Assembly (NCBI RefSeq): GCF_006345805.1
Contig: NC_042997.1
Coordinates: forward strand, 68,944,001 to 69,008,000
Source: Octopus sinensis
Taxonomy: Eukaryota
Direction: 5' to 3'
DNA: 64,000 nucleotides
The position numbers and the translations under genes are program-made. This document shows positions 25,431-38,425 of the stretch, in pieces. Each line of letters begins with the position of its first letter. The stretch's first letter is position 1. The notes beneath the pieces were generated by a model that saw only the letters and a program-made list of their open reading frames with translations, was not told where the DNA came from and did not search any database.

Positions 25431-28180
25431 TCAAAAACTGTAACTGAAGGAAAATATTCTGAATGCATCTGCAACCAACTCCAAGTTCTTTAACACATTT
25501 TATTTTCTAACCAGCGGAGGTACCGGGGAATAAATTACCGTTAATAAGATGTGTTTATAGCCATGAAACATTTTTCGTCTAATTTCGACATTTTTCAAGA
25601 ATTTAAAATTTATATTAACGGGTAGGACTAATTTGAGGAAAAAATGAGCAGAGTCTGGTAGCGAACCCGTGTCGTCGTCATTTTTGTGCATGTGCGTAAA
25701 ATAACGAAATTTTACACTTTGGGCAGATTTCGTGAAATTGATGTCACAACGGTTAGTGCGCAAAATGCCTAAATGCTGCTTGAGAAATAAAAGGCTCTTA
25801 CCTAATCAAAACCTGAAACGCTGTGGAATTAAAACAACGAATTGAAATAATAAGTTTTAGCAAATCAAAGCAATTCGCATTCAAATGAAGAATTAACAAA
25901 TGTTAAAGAGATTACCGTTAATAAGCTGTCTGTTTAATACCTATGAAACATTTTTTTGTAAAATTTCAGCTTTTTTCGTCAAATTGATGTCACAATGGCT
26001 AGTAAGAGAAATGCCAAAATGTTACGATTTTTGATAAAAATTGACACTGATAAAAACCGATTTAAAAAAAAATTGCAAGTGTGTAAGTGACTGCATGGGC
26101 ATAAGACCCCCCTCCACCTACACGTGTCAAAATTCACCCAGGGCTGTTGGATAATATCGAAGCTAAAGTAACAAATTCACAAATGTACAAACTTGCCATT
26201 TATTATTATAGACCGATAGTACAACTTATTCAGACAATTGAAATCACAGGAAAATAAATACAGGCCAACCAACTAATCGTCGGTTGTTTGTGTTATGAAG
26301 AAGGTTGTTATTTCTGTAGGAAGTATGTTTCATTTATACATGCAAAATCCTAATAAGTTCCAGGAGAAATTTACGCCAAGTAGTTTCATTGCATTTCATT
26401 CAATGGGGTCTTTTATCGTTCATCGACAATGGTTACATAATTTAGTCGTTCTTCTAGACTTAATTGCTGATTTAATCGATTCCGATCGAATATTCAACCA
26501 ATCTGCACGCATCGAACTTGCTCCATATATTGATGTCACATTTCAAAGAAATCTGTAGAACATTATCCAGAGATTAATGAAACAAGGCAAACCAACAATA
26601 ATGCTAACAATGATCGGAAATACATCTGGTTACAATCAGGGATAATGAAGACATGTTCTCGATCTATTGCTCTGCCATGTAACTGCACATTTCTGGCATT
26701 AGTAAAAACAATAAACAACAAAGAATTGTGTGATTATCGAAAATTTCAACTTATGATCAATTAAAATTAAGTAATTTAGTTATGTTTGCGCTAGGCTTGC
26801 TTGCTGTATGAATACGACCATATTGCTTAATTTTCTTTGTAATCGAAACCTTTTTGGACATATTCAATAATTATATTTGATTTAAATCTCTTTACTCTTA
26901 ATGATGTTGTTTTTCTTTGATAAATTTTCTTGATGCTTATATGTTGTCAGGCATCATAATATAAGCAGGCTTTAGAAATAAAACGGTAACAATATATGTC
27001 ATCATATTATAAGCTGTTTATGGAAAACAAAATATGGTAGCGTAAAAAGTTTTTTATCTGTATCATTTTTAATTATATATTAATTTATTGAATTATATTC
27101 TCTTTCATTGCATTTATCTTTAGTCTCCTTTCATATAATTCTTAATTATGATTTCAAATGAAAAAGATGAAAGAAACACAGCCAAACCTTATTCATAATT
27201 TTCATGGATGTTTTGTTTAGTTAAAAAAGCAAATTATTTTGTGCTGAATCTAAACTTTAGAACAAATACCCAACAAAGATTTATTTATTTCATTAATATG
27301 TGTATAAGTTTATAATGTTTGATAGCTATGTATATGTACGTATCTGTGGGTGTTTCTATGTGGACTGGACACTTATGTTCAAAACCATGAAACAAAAGAC
27401 ATTCCACTTTAGAAATAACTATAATATTAGCCATGCATTGAAGTCATGTTAGTCAGACAGGATTTATATTTAATGTTGTGTGATCTTTTCCTAGTCATAA
27501 AAGCCTAATGATTTAACAACAGCTAACTAATAGACATCAATTAATGATTGATCCAAAATGGCTGCTATGACTTAACTCAAAGTTGTTGAAGTCAGCATTA
27601 TAAGATTTATTTTAGTCTTGGGCTTCACATAATTTTTTACATTTAATTAGAGTGACGTTCATTAACATGTCCAGTTTTTTAACCAAACAGCATGTTATTT
27701 GCAGAAGATTAAGTTGCAAATTCTAAAATTCTATACCCTCTGAGTAATTTACCTTACCGATTAGTTCAAATAAATAAGTAACAAATACAGGAATAAGTGA
27801 TCAAGTGTTTTAGAGATATTTCAGCTATTATATTCAATATTGGCCTTTAAATAAGATTATTGAGTTGAACTTCTTTCAACGCAATGTGACAGTAAATTAA
27901 AATATTTACAATTTACCGCAATGTCTGGTCATGTAGCGTATCCAGTACTGTTTCGCATAACACAGATTATATTTACACAAAAGTATTTGTTATTTTCAGA
28001 GAAATATAATAGGCGATAACAGAAAATCTCTAAAAATCTACAAGAACGAAACACCTCAGTATTGAATTATTTTCATATCAGACATAGGCATTTTGTAATT
28101 ATTGTTTTCTGAATGTTTTTATTACCTTTACCAATCTCCCTCGTTTTATCTAGCTAACGTTCTCTGTCTCTCACCCTCCT

Positions 28181-28242
<62 letters not shown>

Positions 28243-28399
28243 TTCCTTTCTTATTTATAACACCATATCCAGCTACAGCAAACCAATTTCAGTTGCAACT
28301 GTATTGTTTTTCTTTTGCTTTATATAAATTTCAAGCTAAGGACGTAGTCTCCCAAATCTTACCCTCATCATGATTATCCACGGGCAACTCTCAGCTACT

Positions 28400-29350
28400 T
28401 GAATGCTATGGATCTTTATGTCGATATCACTACTTGTAAACTTATGTAATCGCTGGCCTGTAAATCATTCATTTCTTAACATCTTGCAACAGTTCGTTTT
28501 ACCTTATCTCTTTTCCCATTCACTTAGCTGGCTGTTAACAGTTTCTATAAACCATTTTTTCCGAATTAAGTGTGCAAAATATTTTAGTGTTCCACATCTG
28601 ATGATGTCCAATAAAGGTTTCTTAAAATATACAAGTCTAAGTATCTAATTATTGTGGTCACTCCATGCGATCACAAAACTCTTTTATATACCCACATCTA
28701 AGAGGTTTCCCGTCTATTTGATAATACTTTGTTAATATACATGATTTAGGTTCATAGAGTGAATTAAATATACCTTACTAATCTGTTTCCGGATCCGATA
28801 ATAATATTTCTTTATGTTAGAATCTTTGGAAAAACGCCAAACATTTGGCACTTCTCGAAATGTTCTCTTGCTTTCTAGTTTTCTGTTATCTTATACACTA
28901 AGTATATTATCTTTAGTGTCTTTTTATTTTTTGGCTCTTCTTCAATTGTAATATTTTTCTTGGGTGACTCTTATTTCTTTCTTATTACATTGATTCTGTC
29001 TTTACACCCATTTTCATTATATAGGGCGTTCCTTTCATCTCTATAGTAAGTTAATAAGGAATTACCATTTGTATATTTAAGGTTATTGGTGTTTAAATAT
29101 TCAAGTCATCGTCTTTATATGCCGTATACTTCACCGTGTACATTGAAGATCGTAAACTAATAGACTAGATTATATTAGTCAGGTGTTCTTGACTCATATC
29201 TTAATTTTTCATTCAGAAATTTCATCATTGCTGTTTAGTAATATTTTCTTTACGATATTAGTTAAAAGAAATTACTATTAAAATAAAGGAAATTATTATT
29301 TGGTTCTTATGATATATAATCTTTCTTTGAGTTTCTGACTGCATTAAATA
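28400..29350 (-). mobile_element. Possible highly degraded L1/Tx1-like LINE RT relic
   Basis: Minus frame VKYTAYKDDDL resembles AYADD; weak otherwise. Confidence 0.3.
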
Positions 29351-29721
29351 AGACTGATGAATTTATTGTGCTGCATGTTTCGTGACACGAAAAAAGTAGA
29401 ATGTTAATGGTTCAATCGTTTGATCATTCGCCTGATCAATGACGATTGACCTGGAGTTTGCAAACGTCATGTAAAATTTCACCTCAAAAATTTCACTCAT
29501 ATAGAAGTCTAAGCGAGTGCCAAATTCCACCCTACTTCTATCCTTTCACATTACCCCTAAACACAAACACATTTTAGTGCACTTCCTGACATTCCAACCA
29601 ATTAGACAGTTGAGTTCACGTGACAATTTCAAGATTTTATTCGAACCCTCTTCCACAGACTTATTTTCTTCTGTACTACGTCACCTTAACTAAAGCCAAG
29701 TTATTGTATACGAGTATTAGT

Positions 29722-29915
29722 TATCTTTTATTTGTTTCAGCTATTACACTACGGCCATCCTGTGGCACCACCGTGAAAAATCCTAAAACTTATTTTTTAA
29801 AGCCTGGCACTTATTCTATCGGTTTCTTTTGCGATACCGTTAAGTTACGGGGACGTAAACACGCCAACATCACTTGTCAAGTTGTGAGGGAGGACACACA
29901 CACACATACACACAC
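29722..29915 (-). mobile_element. SINE family B, 3' half
   Basis: gcctggcacttattctatcggtttcttttgcgataccgttaagttacggggacgtaaac is homologous to 19090-19180. Confidence 0.75.
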
Positions 29916-30867
29916 ATGCATGTTTGTATGCCTGTTCTGGTACTGTTTTTCCATATATTTCTGGCAGAGAGATGAGTCGCTGCTATCTGTAGTGGCCGAG
30001 CGTCCATCATTGACAAGATCAAGGAAGGGCTAAATTACGTGATCTTTTGGGTCTCGGCGCTGGAGATGGCGGGAATTTATCTCCCCGCTAGCAGTATAAA
30101 TAAACCCGCATTTTGCATCATAAACCAATATGAGACATTTTCTCTTTTGATATCTACGGCAGTATAGTATGTTCTTACAGAACATCCACGTTGAAGTGGA
30201 AATAAATATTACCTCCCTCTATCGCTAATATATATATTAGGAATAGCAACAAGAATAACAACGACGAGAAAGTAAGTAGTAGGGATGGAGGGGCAACTCC
30301 AGGTTCAGGCAATCTTTTGCTGTATTAATGGCAAAATCAACACAACTTTTTGCGCTTGCCCTAAACAACAAGGAGTTGGGCTTGGCGCAGGTGAAACAAT
30401 TTTTGAAGGTCCGAAGTTTTTGTATGTAGGACCGAAAATACTTCAGTCTGGCCAACTGTGTGGGGGAAGCTAACTTTCAGGTCAAGGTTTTCGCCATAGA
30501 GGTTGGAGTGAGCGGTTTTGTGTGAAAATTTACATACGATTTAAAGAAACAACCCTCGGTCACTGGGAAGAACGGGACCAAAGCATTCAAGGTTATATAA
30601 GAAACAGCGGAGATATGTTCCAGCTGGATCTGGTGAAGGAGAAACAAAAACGATCGCCATACCATTTGAAGCGTATATTCTTTTTTTATTTTAACACTAA
30701 GGGAAGTAATTCTGAATGAGACATAGTGATAGCGTAGACATTTCACCGTCACCAAGACAAGCAACATTACTTCTCTTTTAAGTATACGTTTGAATGCTGA
30801 GTTGACGAAGAGATGTTACAAATGGATGAAACCACAATGCGGTTTCAATGTACAAGTCTCCGATATA

Positions 30868-32102
30868 CGAGGGGCGTTCAATAAGTAATGCCCCTGACCC
30901 ACTTGCAGTTGTTTGATCTAGCTGAAATTTTGCATGTGCACTTATTTATACCTCTATAGATTAAGTGGCGAATTACAGCTCTGAACTAATTGTGGTTTCT
31001 GATTTACAGGTGTTTGAACTGAGTCAAGTGTGAAATGGAGCCTGTTGAGTGTCGAGCGGTGATCTGGTTTTTGTATTTGAAAGGACGCACACCACGGGAG
31101 ACTTTTGATGAAATGAAAGTAACTTATGGTGATGATGCCCCATCATATGACCTTGTAAAACGCTGGCATTGTGAATTCAAACATAGTCGGAACTCTGTGG
31201 AAACAGCTCCCAGATCTGGTCGCCCCCTTCTGCCGTTGATGAGACGTCTGTCCGTCAAGTTGAGGCTGCCATTTTGGAAGGTCAACGCATAACTATTCGC
31301 CAAATAGCCCATGAGGTCAAGATTAGTACCGGGTCTGTGGAAACTATCATTCATGACCATTTGCATATGCAAAAGGTGTCTGCCAGATGGATTCGCAGGT
31401 TGATCACACCTTTCCAGAAGCAAGAACGCGTCGAGTGCTCGAGGTTGAATTTGGAGACTGATCACACAGGATAAAACCTGGGTCCATCACTATGATCCAG
31501 AGACCAAAGCCCAGTCAATGCAGTGAAAGCACCGTGACTCACCTCCTCCAAAGAAGGCAAGGGTGCAGCCCTCCGCTGACAAGGTTATGCTCACAGTATT
31601 CTGGGACCAGGACGGAGTAGTGATGACAGATTTCCTGGCAAAGGGTACCACAATTACAGGAGTCTATTATGCTTCACTTTTGATGAAATTAAGAGAAGCT
31701 ATCAAAATCAAGACGCGGGGCAAGATCAGCAAAGGCATCCTCCTCCTGCAGGACAACGCTCCGGTCCACAACTCGCGTGTCGCCATATCAGAAGCACAGG
31801 CGTGCAGCTATGAACTTCTCCCCTTGCACCCTCTGATTTTCACCTCTTCCCAGTCATGAAGTTGTTTTTGAAAGGAAAGCGTTTCCCAGATGATGCAGCC
31901 TTGATTTCTGAAGTCACGTCTTGGTTGGAGGACCAAGCTGGGGTCTTCTACAAAAACGGTCTCCAGAGCTGTATCAAACGATGGGAGAAATGCATAACTC
32001 TGGGTAGTTCCTATGTAGGAAAAGACTGATAACTGTGCCAAGTGTCGTTGCTCTACTGCTATGGGAAGTGGGTCAGGGGCATTACTTATTGAACGCCCCT
32101 CG
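30868..32102 (+). mobile_element. Full-length mariner with perfect 37-bp TIRs and TA TSD; disrupted transposase
   Basis: cgaggggcgttcaataagtaatgcccctgacccactt at both ends in inverted orientation; MEPVECRAVI..., VMLTVFWDQDG, LLQDNAPVH. Confidence 0.95.
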
Positions 32103-32489
32103 TACAAGTGGTTAAAAAGTGTCAGAGAAAGGGTACCCAGGAGTCATGACCTTGATTCGGTCTGGCGTCCTTGGAGTGTAAGAAATTAAGGGCGGAAACT
32201 TTTGTCTGAGGATGGTTTCCTCTCTGAAGATCTTCTGCTGTTCAGCTCTCTCTCTCTCTCTCTCTCGAGCTTCCTGCTACTATGTCATAATAATATAATC
32301 TGTTTAAAGAACAATAAAATAAGGTAGCATAAAAGGTTTTTGTTTATTTTATCATTTTAAAGTACATATTAATTTATCGGTTTACGTCCGTTGTCATTGC
32401 ATTAATCCTTACTTTCCTTTCATATATTTCTAATTATGCTTTCTCCTTTTCCATACCTGATCACTTGATCTTTATACACTGCCCTTAGT

Positions 32490-32710
32490 TACTGGTTAGG
32501 CCGTTTCACACAGGATCGCGTGATCGTGGTTTCAACTCCTAGACCGGGTGGTGTGTTGTGTTCTTGAGCAAAACACTTCATCTCACGTTGCTCTCCGATC
32601 ACTCCAATACCTGGCACACCGTGCACCTGTTCAGATAACATCACTTTGATGATGGGAATTAGCTAATGTACAACACATACATGTGATCACTATACAAAGA
32701 CAATCATTCG
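32490..32710 (+). mobile_element. tRNA-derived SINE family C
   Basis: gtggtttcaactcc box B-like, then gtgttcttgagcaaaacacttcatctcacgttgctc; related to the minus copies at 59700-60330. Confidence 0.6.
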
Positions 32711-32804
32711 TACAGGTCGTTCGGCAGAAAAGCTGAACACTTACATACATCGACTTCGACGGGAGAATCCATCTTTATTATTGATATTATTATTATTGTT
32801 TTAC

Positions 32805-33145
32805 TTCTCAGAACCTTCGGTCTTGTTGTTCTGGTAGAGCCTGTGGTAGCGGAGTGCAGCCTGCTGTCAGAGGTCTCATAGGGTGTTTTTCCGCACATTA
32901 TAAGCTTTGATACGTGGTTATTAATTACCATGGGAGACATTCAACATCCAATACCAATCTCCTGTCCCCAGAAGAGTAGTTTTGGTGGCTTGCTCTGCAC
33001 CTGTGTCAATTCCGATTTCTTTGAGATATTTCTCGAATATGGTAGTTAAGCGTCCGCGTGTCCCTACAGCTAATGGAATGACAGACACTCTCTTCATAGC
33101 CCACATTCTTGCAATTTCGTCTTTTAGTAGTCTGTACTTTTCAAT
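32805..33145 (-). mobile_element. R4/Dong-type LINE, short 3' fragment
   Basis: MWAMKRVSVIPLAVGTRG...EQATKTTLLGT; (TTA)-rich tracts on both sides. Confidence 0.75.
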
Positions 33146-33146
33146 C

Positions 33147-33184
<38 letters not shown>

Positions 33185-33194
33185 GCTATTGTTA

Positions 33195-34780
33195 TTATTG
33201 CCTTTGCACAGCTTCTAACGCTGGAGATGTACTACGATGTCAGCTGTTCACTACCAGTGAACTAAGGTAACAACTCTTATTTTTCGAGCAACTTCCGGAG
33301 TGTTCGAGCGGATCCAAGTAGTGCTGTTTTCTGCAAGTGCTCTACCCTTATTGCAACCCCTATTTGTTCCACGTACTTCTCAACATTTTTACTCACTATT
33401 CCCAGGGCTCCGACAATTATTGGTACTACTGCTACCTTTTTCATCGACTACAGCTGCTTAACCTCCCAAGCTAAATTATCATATCTCTCGACATTTCTTT
33501 CTTTCATTCTTCCTTAGCGCATACCTTGTTGTCAGCTGTGCATGCTATATCTATAATCCAGCATAGTTTGTTTTCTTTCTCAATTAAGACTGTATTTGAC
33601 TTGATATTTTCTATCGCATGGTTGCATTTGATTTTGCCTCTCTTCAAGATTAACCCACCACATTTTTTGCAGTCCGAATTCCAATCTCATATCATCGTAT
33701 CAATGAGGGAACTAACTTGGGATTCATCTTTACCATAATGTTTGAGGTCATCCATGAATAACAAACGGTTGATATTTTTTGGTGGCTTTTGAGTACTTAC
33801 CCAGCCTTTGCTTTCCTCAGAATCAGTGTTAGTGGTATCATGCTCAGTACAAAGATCAGTAGGGACAGACATTCCCATTGGAAGATGCCTCTCCTGATTT
33901 CTTTTGTCCCTTAGCTTACATATGCTGTCAGTTACGTCTTCCACTTCGCCATTTTTCCCAAGCAATCGCTCAACATTCGATGCAAAACCAAATAGGTTCA
34001 GATCGTACGACTTACGATAATCGAGCCATGACATAATCGGACTGTAATTGTCTACTGTATTGCCTTTTTCAATGTTTTTCAAGCACAGCACTGTTCTACC
34101 CATTGTCAACCACTCTGGTGTTACTTGGTCAGCATTTAACAAGATGTTGAGTTATGCAGGTATTCGTGCATGACATTCACCAAATCTTTTTTTCCAATAG
34201 CCTTGAACTCCATCTGGCCCCGTGGCCTTCCAGTTGCCCATTTTTTGCTGATTTCCTTCACGTCCCTAAATGAAATGAGTAGTTCTGTCTGTTTTGGACA
34301 GACTGCTGTTTGTTTCAGTTCTTACAACCATTCAGCATCCTTCTTGTGCTCCTTGTCTTTGCTCCAGATGTCACTCCAAAATCTTTGACTTTCAATGTTA
34401 TCTGGTATTAACTTTTCATCTATACACTCTCCGTTTATTTCTTTGTAGAACCTCTTCTGATCTACTCTGAATAACCTATTCTGCGGTTAAACCTTCATTC
34501 TTTGGTCGTATCTTACCATCTTTGCTTTCTTTGCAACGAGGTGCTGATTGAGTTCCTCTATTACCACTTTCAGGCCCTTTCTTTCAATATTATACTTCCT
34601 GTTCAGCGCCCTGTATTTTTGTTCGCTTTTAAGCTCCCCCTTTTCTTTTCGGTCTAACACAGGAATGTACTTCGAGAGCATATCTAACCCTGCCTGGATT
34701 CTTTTTTCCACCATGGATCTTTTCTTTTGTCACGCCCATTATATTTCTTTTTCTTGACATCAACACCCACATTTCCTGCT
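33195..34780 (-). mobile_element. R4/Dong-type LINE with internal deletions
   Basis: [71 protein letters not shown]. Confidence 0.85.
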
Positions 34781-34827
34781 ACAACAATTATTATTATTAT
34801 TATTATTATTATATTATTATTATTATT

Positions 34828-34866
<39 letters not shown>

Positions 34867-34869
34867 ATA

Positions 34870-34919
<50 letters not shown>

Positions 34920-34945
34920 CATTATTATTATTGTCATTCTTATTA
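34780..34945. repeat. (ATT)n(GTT)n(ATT)n microsatellite
   Basis: Direct reading. Confidence 0.95.
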
Positions 34946-34947
34946 TT

Positions 34948-35172
34948 ACGGCAGCGAGTTAGCCGAATGGTTAGCACGCTGGACGAAATGGTTAGATGTA
35001 CTTCGCCCGTTGCTAAGGTCTGAGATCAAATTCCGCCGGAGTCGACTTTGCTTTTCATCGTTTCGGGATCGATAAAACAAGTACAAGTTGAGTACTTGGG
35101 TCGATGAGATCGACTGTCCCCTTCCCCATAAAATCCATGTGCCTATAGTAGAAAGGATTATTATTATTATTG
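34948..35172 (+). mobile_element. SINE family A ending in an (ATT)n tail
   Basis: ggcagcgagttagccgaatggttagc head; ends gtagaaaggattattattatt. Confidence 0.85.
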
Positions 35173-35174
35173 AA

Positions 35175-35640
35175 GACGTCACATAGTATCAAACACTGTG
35201 ATGCTGTAGATTGAAGATATTATGTGTACCGCGGGTTTAAACTATCTGTCATGTCACAAGGATTTCTGACACACAGTACTTTACGGAGTATGCGTGCAGT
35301 TCCAAGTAAAGCCGCCGATGTTTGCAATACACCGAGATTGTTCGGTATTTCTAAAGTGTGCAGATGTTTGTCCAGGTTGGGTGGTATTGAGCCGAATATT
35401 CCGATGACAACACGTACAAACTTTGTTTGACACTTGCAGCTGACACATCTGGGTGATCTCAATTCTGAGATCGCCATGATTACCAGCCTTTTCTCTTTCT
35501 TTCATGATAATATGTTGATCTCCTGGTACTGTCACGTCGATTATTAAGTACCCTTGTTTATCCCTCCTAAAAGTTTCTATATCCGGCATTCTGCGCTCTA
35601 ATAACTTGTCTGTCTAGAAGTCAAAATCCCAGATCCTTAA
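35175..35640 (-). mobile_element. R4/Dong-type LINE, REL-domain 3' fragment
   Basis: PDIETFRRDKQGYLIIDVTVPGDQH and VVIGIFGSIP...LLGTARILRKVL; followed by (TTA)n at 35640-35705. Confidence 0.85.
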
Positions 35641-35645
35641 CTTAC

Positions 35646-35709
<64 letters not shown>

Positions 35710-35734
35710 AATAATAATATTATTAATAATATTA

Positions 35735-35965
35735 AAGCAGCGAACTGGCAGAATCGTTAGCACGCCGGGCAAAATACTTAGCGTTATTTCGTCTGTTGCT
35801 ACGTTCTGAGTTCAAATTCCGCCGCGGTCGATTTTGTCTTTCATTCTTTCGGGGTCGATAAATTAAGTACTATTAAAACACTGGGGTTGACGTCGACTAG
35901 TCCCCTCTCCCAACATTTCAGTTCTTGTGCCGCCTTTAGTAGAAATGATTATCATTATTACTACT
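35735..35965 (+). mobile_element. SINE family A (an older copy follows at 35966-36190)
   Basis: ctggcagaatcgttagc (box A) and gagttcaaattcc (box B); att-type tail. Confidence 0.85.
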
Positions 35966-37044
35966 ACTAGTGTGGTAAGAGCGCAAGAAAAATGCTTTGC
36001 AATATTTTGTCCGGTTATTCACGTTTTGAGTTCTTGTTCCACGGAGGTCAACAATACTTTTTTTCTTTTAAATCATGAAAGCGCCAGTTTCAGCAATAAA
36101 TAAAGCACTAGTTAAGTATCGTGATCGATGGTAACCCGACTTCCCAAATATTTTGACTTGTACCCAAATTAGAAATTATTATCATTATTGTGATTGCTTT
36201 TTATGTTGCTAAGTTTTTTATGAACATCCAACATTCTTTAAATAAAATATATTTCGTTCTTTTCCCTTTTATTGCCGTTCGTTTCTTACCAACAACAAAT
36301 GTGAGTAAGAAATATATTCATTCCAAGCATTGGTGTATTGACATTTGTAACGATTAGAGAATTACTCTATTTATATTTGTTGCTCGAATACATACATAAA
36401 CATCGTAAACAGAAGAATTATCTGTTGGCTACAAAGTACATCTCTCCTTACTCATTATTCGTTAAAATAATATTTGCTCCAAAAGAATAATTCTTGAAAG
36501 TTTCCATAGGTGAAACAGAAAACTAGTGAAAAGTTAACGCACGATATTTTTCTTTCTTTATTTTTGCAGTTTTTGGAAATAAATAATTATATGAAATAGT
36601 GTTGTTAGACAAAATATGAAAATTTCCTTTACCGATGAATCTGTTCTCTTATCCAGTGTAACTATTTTCTTTTATAGAGGGACTATCACTTAAATAAACA
36701 TTCTTATTGACTTGTTTTTCTTAGCAAATTCTTTTAATAACACACAATCGCAGACGTGCGCGTACAAATATAGACTGTTCACACATACACAGAGAAATAC
36801 ACATGTATATTCATAGCCACACATAATCACAAACGTTTATATGAGGGTTGTTACAAAGGTGAGCTGAAAGTAGTCAAATCCACATTACAATCGTTTCCGT
36901 AGGTGAACGATTTTATTATTTAATACTTTATATCTGTTTATGATTCATATTTCTATGATATATATGAAATATATTACATAACACTGTATGAAATCGTTTG
37001 TTTACAGAAACTATCGTAATGTTGTTTTGACATCTTCGTTTAAA

Positions 37045-38425
37045 TTATTATTATCATTATTCATTTTGAGGTGCTTATAGCAAGCTTGCTGGATCTTATC
37101 TTGCAGTTGTGAAGTGGTCCCCTTTCAATTAGTCGGAGTCTCACCCATGCTCCTTCAATTATTGAAATATTATGTTAGTCAGGATCTTAGATAATGTGCT
37201 AATGAGGTGATTGCCAGGATTATAATTACCAATTACCCCATCAATCAATCAATATATATATATAATGATTGATTGATTGATTGATGAGGTAATTATAATC
37301 CTGGCAATCACCTCATTAGCATACACACACATATATATATGATTGTGTGTGTACATATGTGTGTTTGTGTACATATGTGTGTGTGTGTGTGTTAGGTTTC
37401 ATGTGAAATTATATATGAAAAAATTGGTTTTAAACTTTAAACTGGAGGGGCATCGTTCAAAGATTTTTTTTATAGAGTACTTGTTTATTTTTACAGAGAA
37501 ATGGTTGATAGTGTCTCCGACATTTCAGTTTGGTTTATATATGTGTATGTATGTTTGTATGTATGCATAATTTCTCTTTGAGCTTTATCTAAGTTCTTAA
37601 GATAGTCCCAGTCGGTTGCTAACAAAGTGACACGATATTTTTCAGTTAAAGAGTTCCCGGTGTTTGTAAGTATGTATCTGAATCTGCATCAGTTTAATTT
37701 GCTCCTAGCATTTGTGCCTATTTGTAAGTACAAAAATTAAGACATCTGCAATGATAGGTGCAAATGAGTATTTATAGTAGGGTACAGGAGCTGTAAATTC
37801 TGCATTGATTCACTATAATTTTTCTCTTCTTCCTTTACTTGTGATGGTACGTTCATATCCGTTGGGCTGCTGACCTCTACAACAGTGCATGATTCTTGTT
37901 CCCTATCCCGTGGAACAATATCAGGTTTGTTATATTTTCACCGAATTGTTATTTTTATTGAAGTGATCCACCAGCATTCCTTGTTTTTAAAGGTGTGAAT
38001 ACATGCTAGTTCTGACGTGCTTTTGACGTATGTCAGAGCAATCCTTCCTGTAGATAGCATTGTAAATAATCTTTGCAATAATATAATGCTTTAGGAACAG
38101 GTAGTGTCTCGTAGACATTTTGAGGCAGCTGCTGATGATGTGAGTGGTATTTTCCACACTGGCATCGCAGAGCCGACATTTTCTATCATAACGTGGATGT
38201 CTGGTGGTATCTTTGTCTTTCTTGTTTATCAGGTATTTAGGGGCTGTCTCATGTTAATGGATAGCAAAGACATATCCTTGAAGGTAGGATGTAATGTATC
38301 TATTACAAGTTCAGGAGAGACTACGCGTTCTGTCAATGTCGTTGTTATACTCTGGCTTATGAGATATGTACCCATTCATTGCTTTTTGGTGGTATAATGC
38401 TTTCATCCCCTCCGTGTATCCATTT
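37045..38425 (-). mobile_element. REL-type LINE 3' region (CCHC knuckle + endonuclease; 3' UTR at 37045-37215), interrupted by a fold-back and microsatellites
   Basis: RKCRLCDASVENTTHIISSCLKMSTRHY, NKPDIV, TVVEVSSPTD; ends at an att tract at 37045. The two parts may belong to different insertions. Confidence 0.75.

Noticed and set aside
25480-26150. Internally duplicated block with an 11-nt microexon-like signal at 25802-25812
   Set aside because: Looks like a non-autonomous repeat; exon length is not frame-preserving; cannot classify.
26295-26558. 87-aa plus-strand ORF in unique AT-rich DNA
   Set aside because: No recognisable domain or convincing splice pair.
35735-35825. tRNA genes suggested by box A/B motifs
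   Set aside because: They are SINE heads: no cloverleaf, and they continue into the SINE body.
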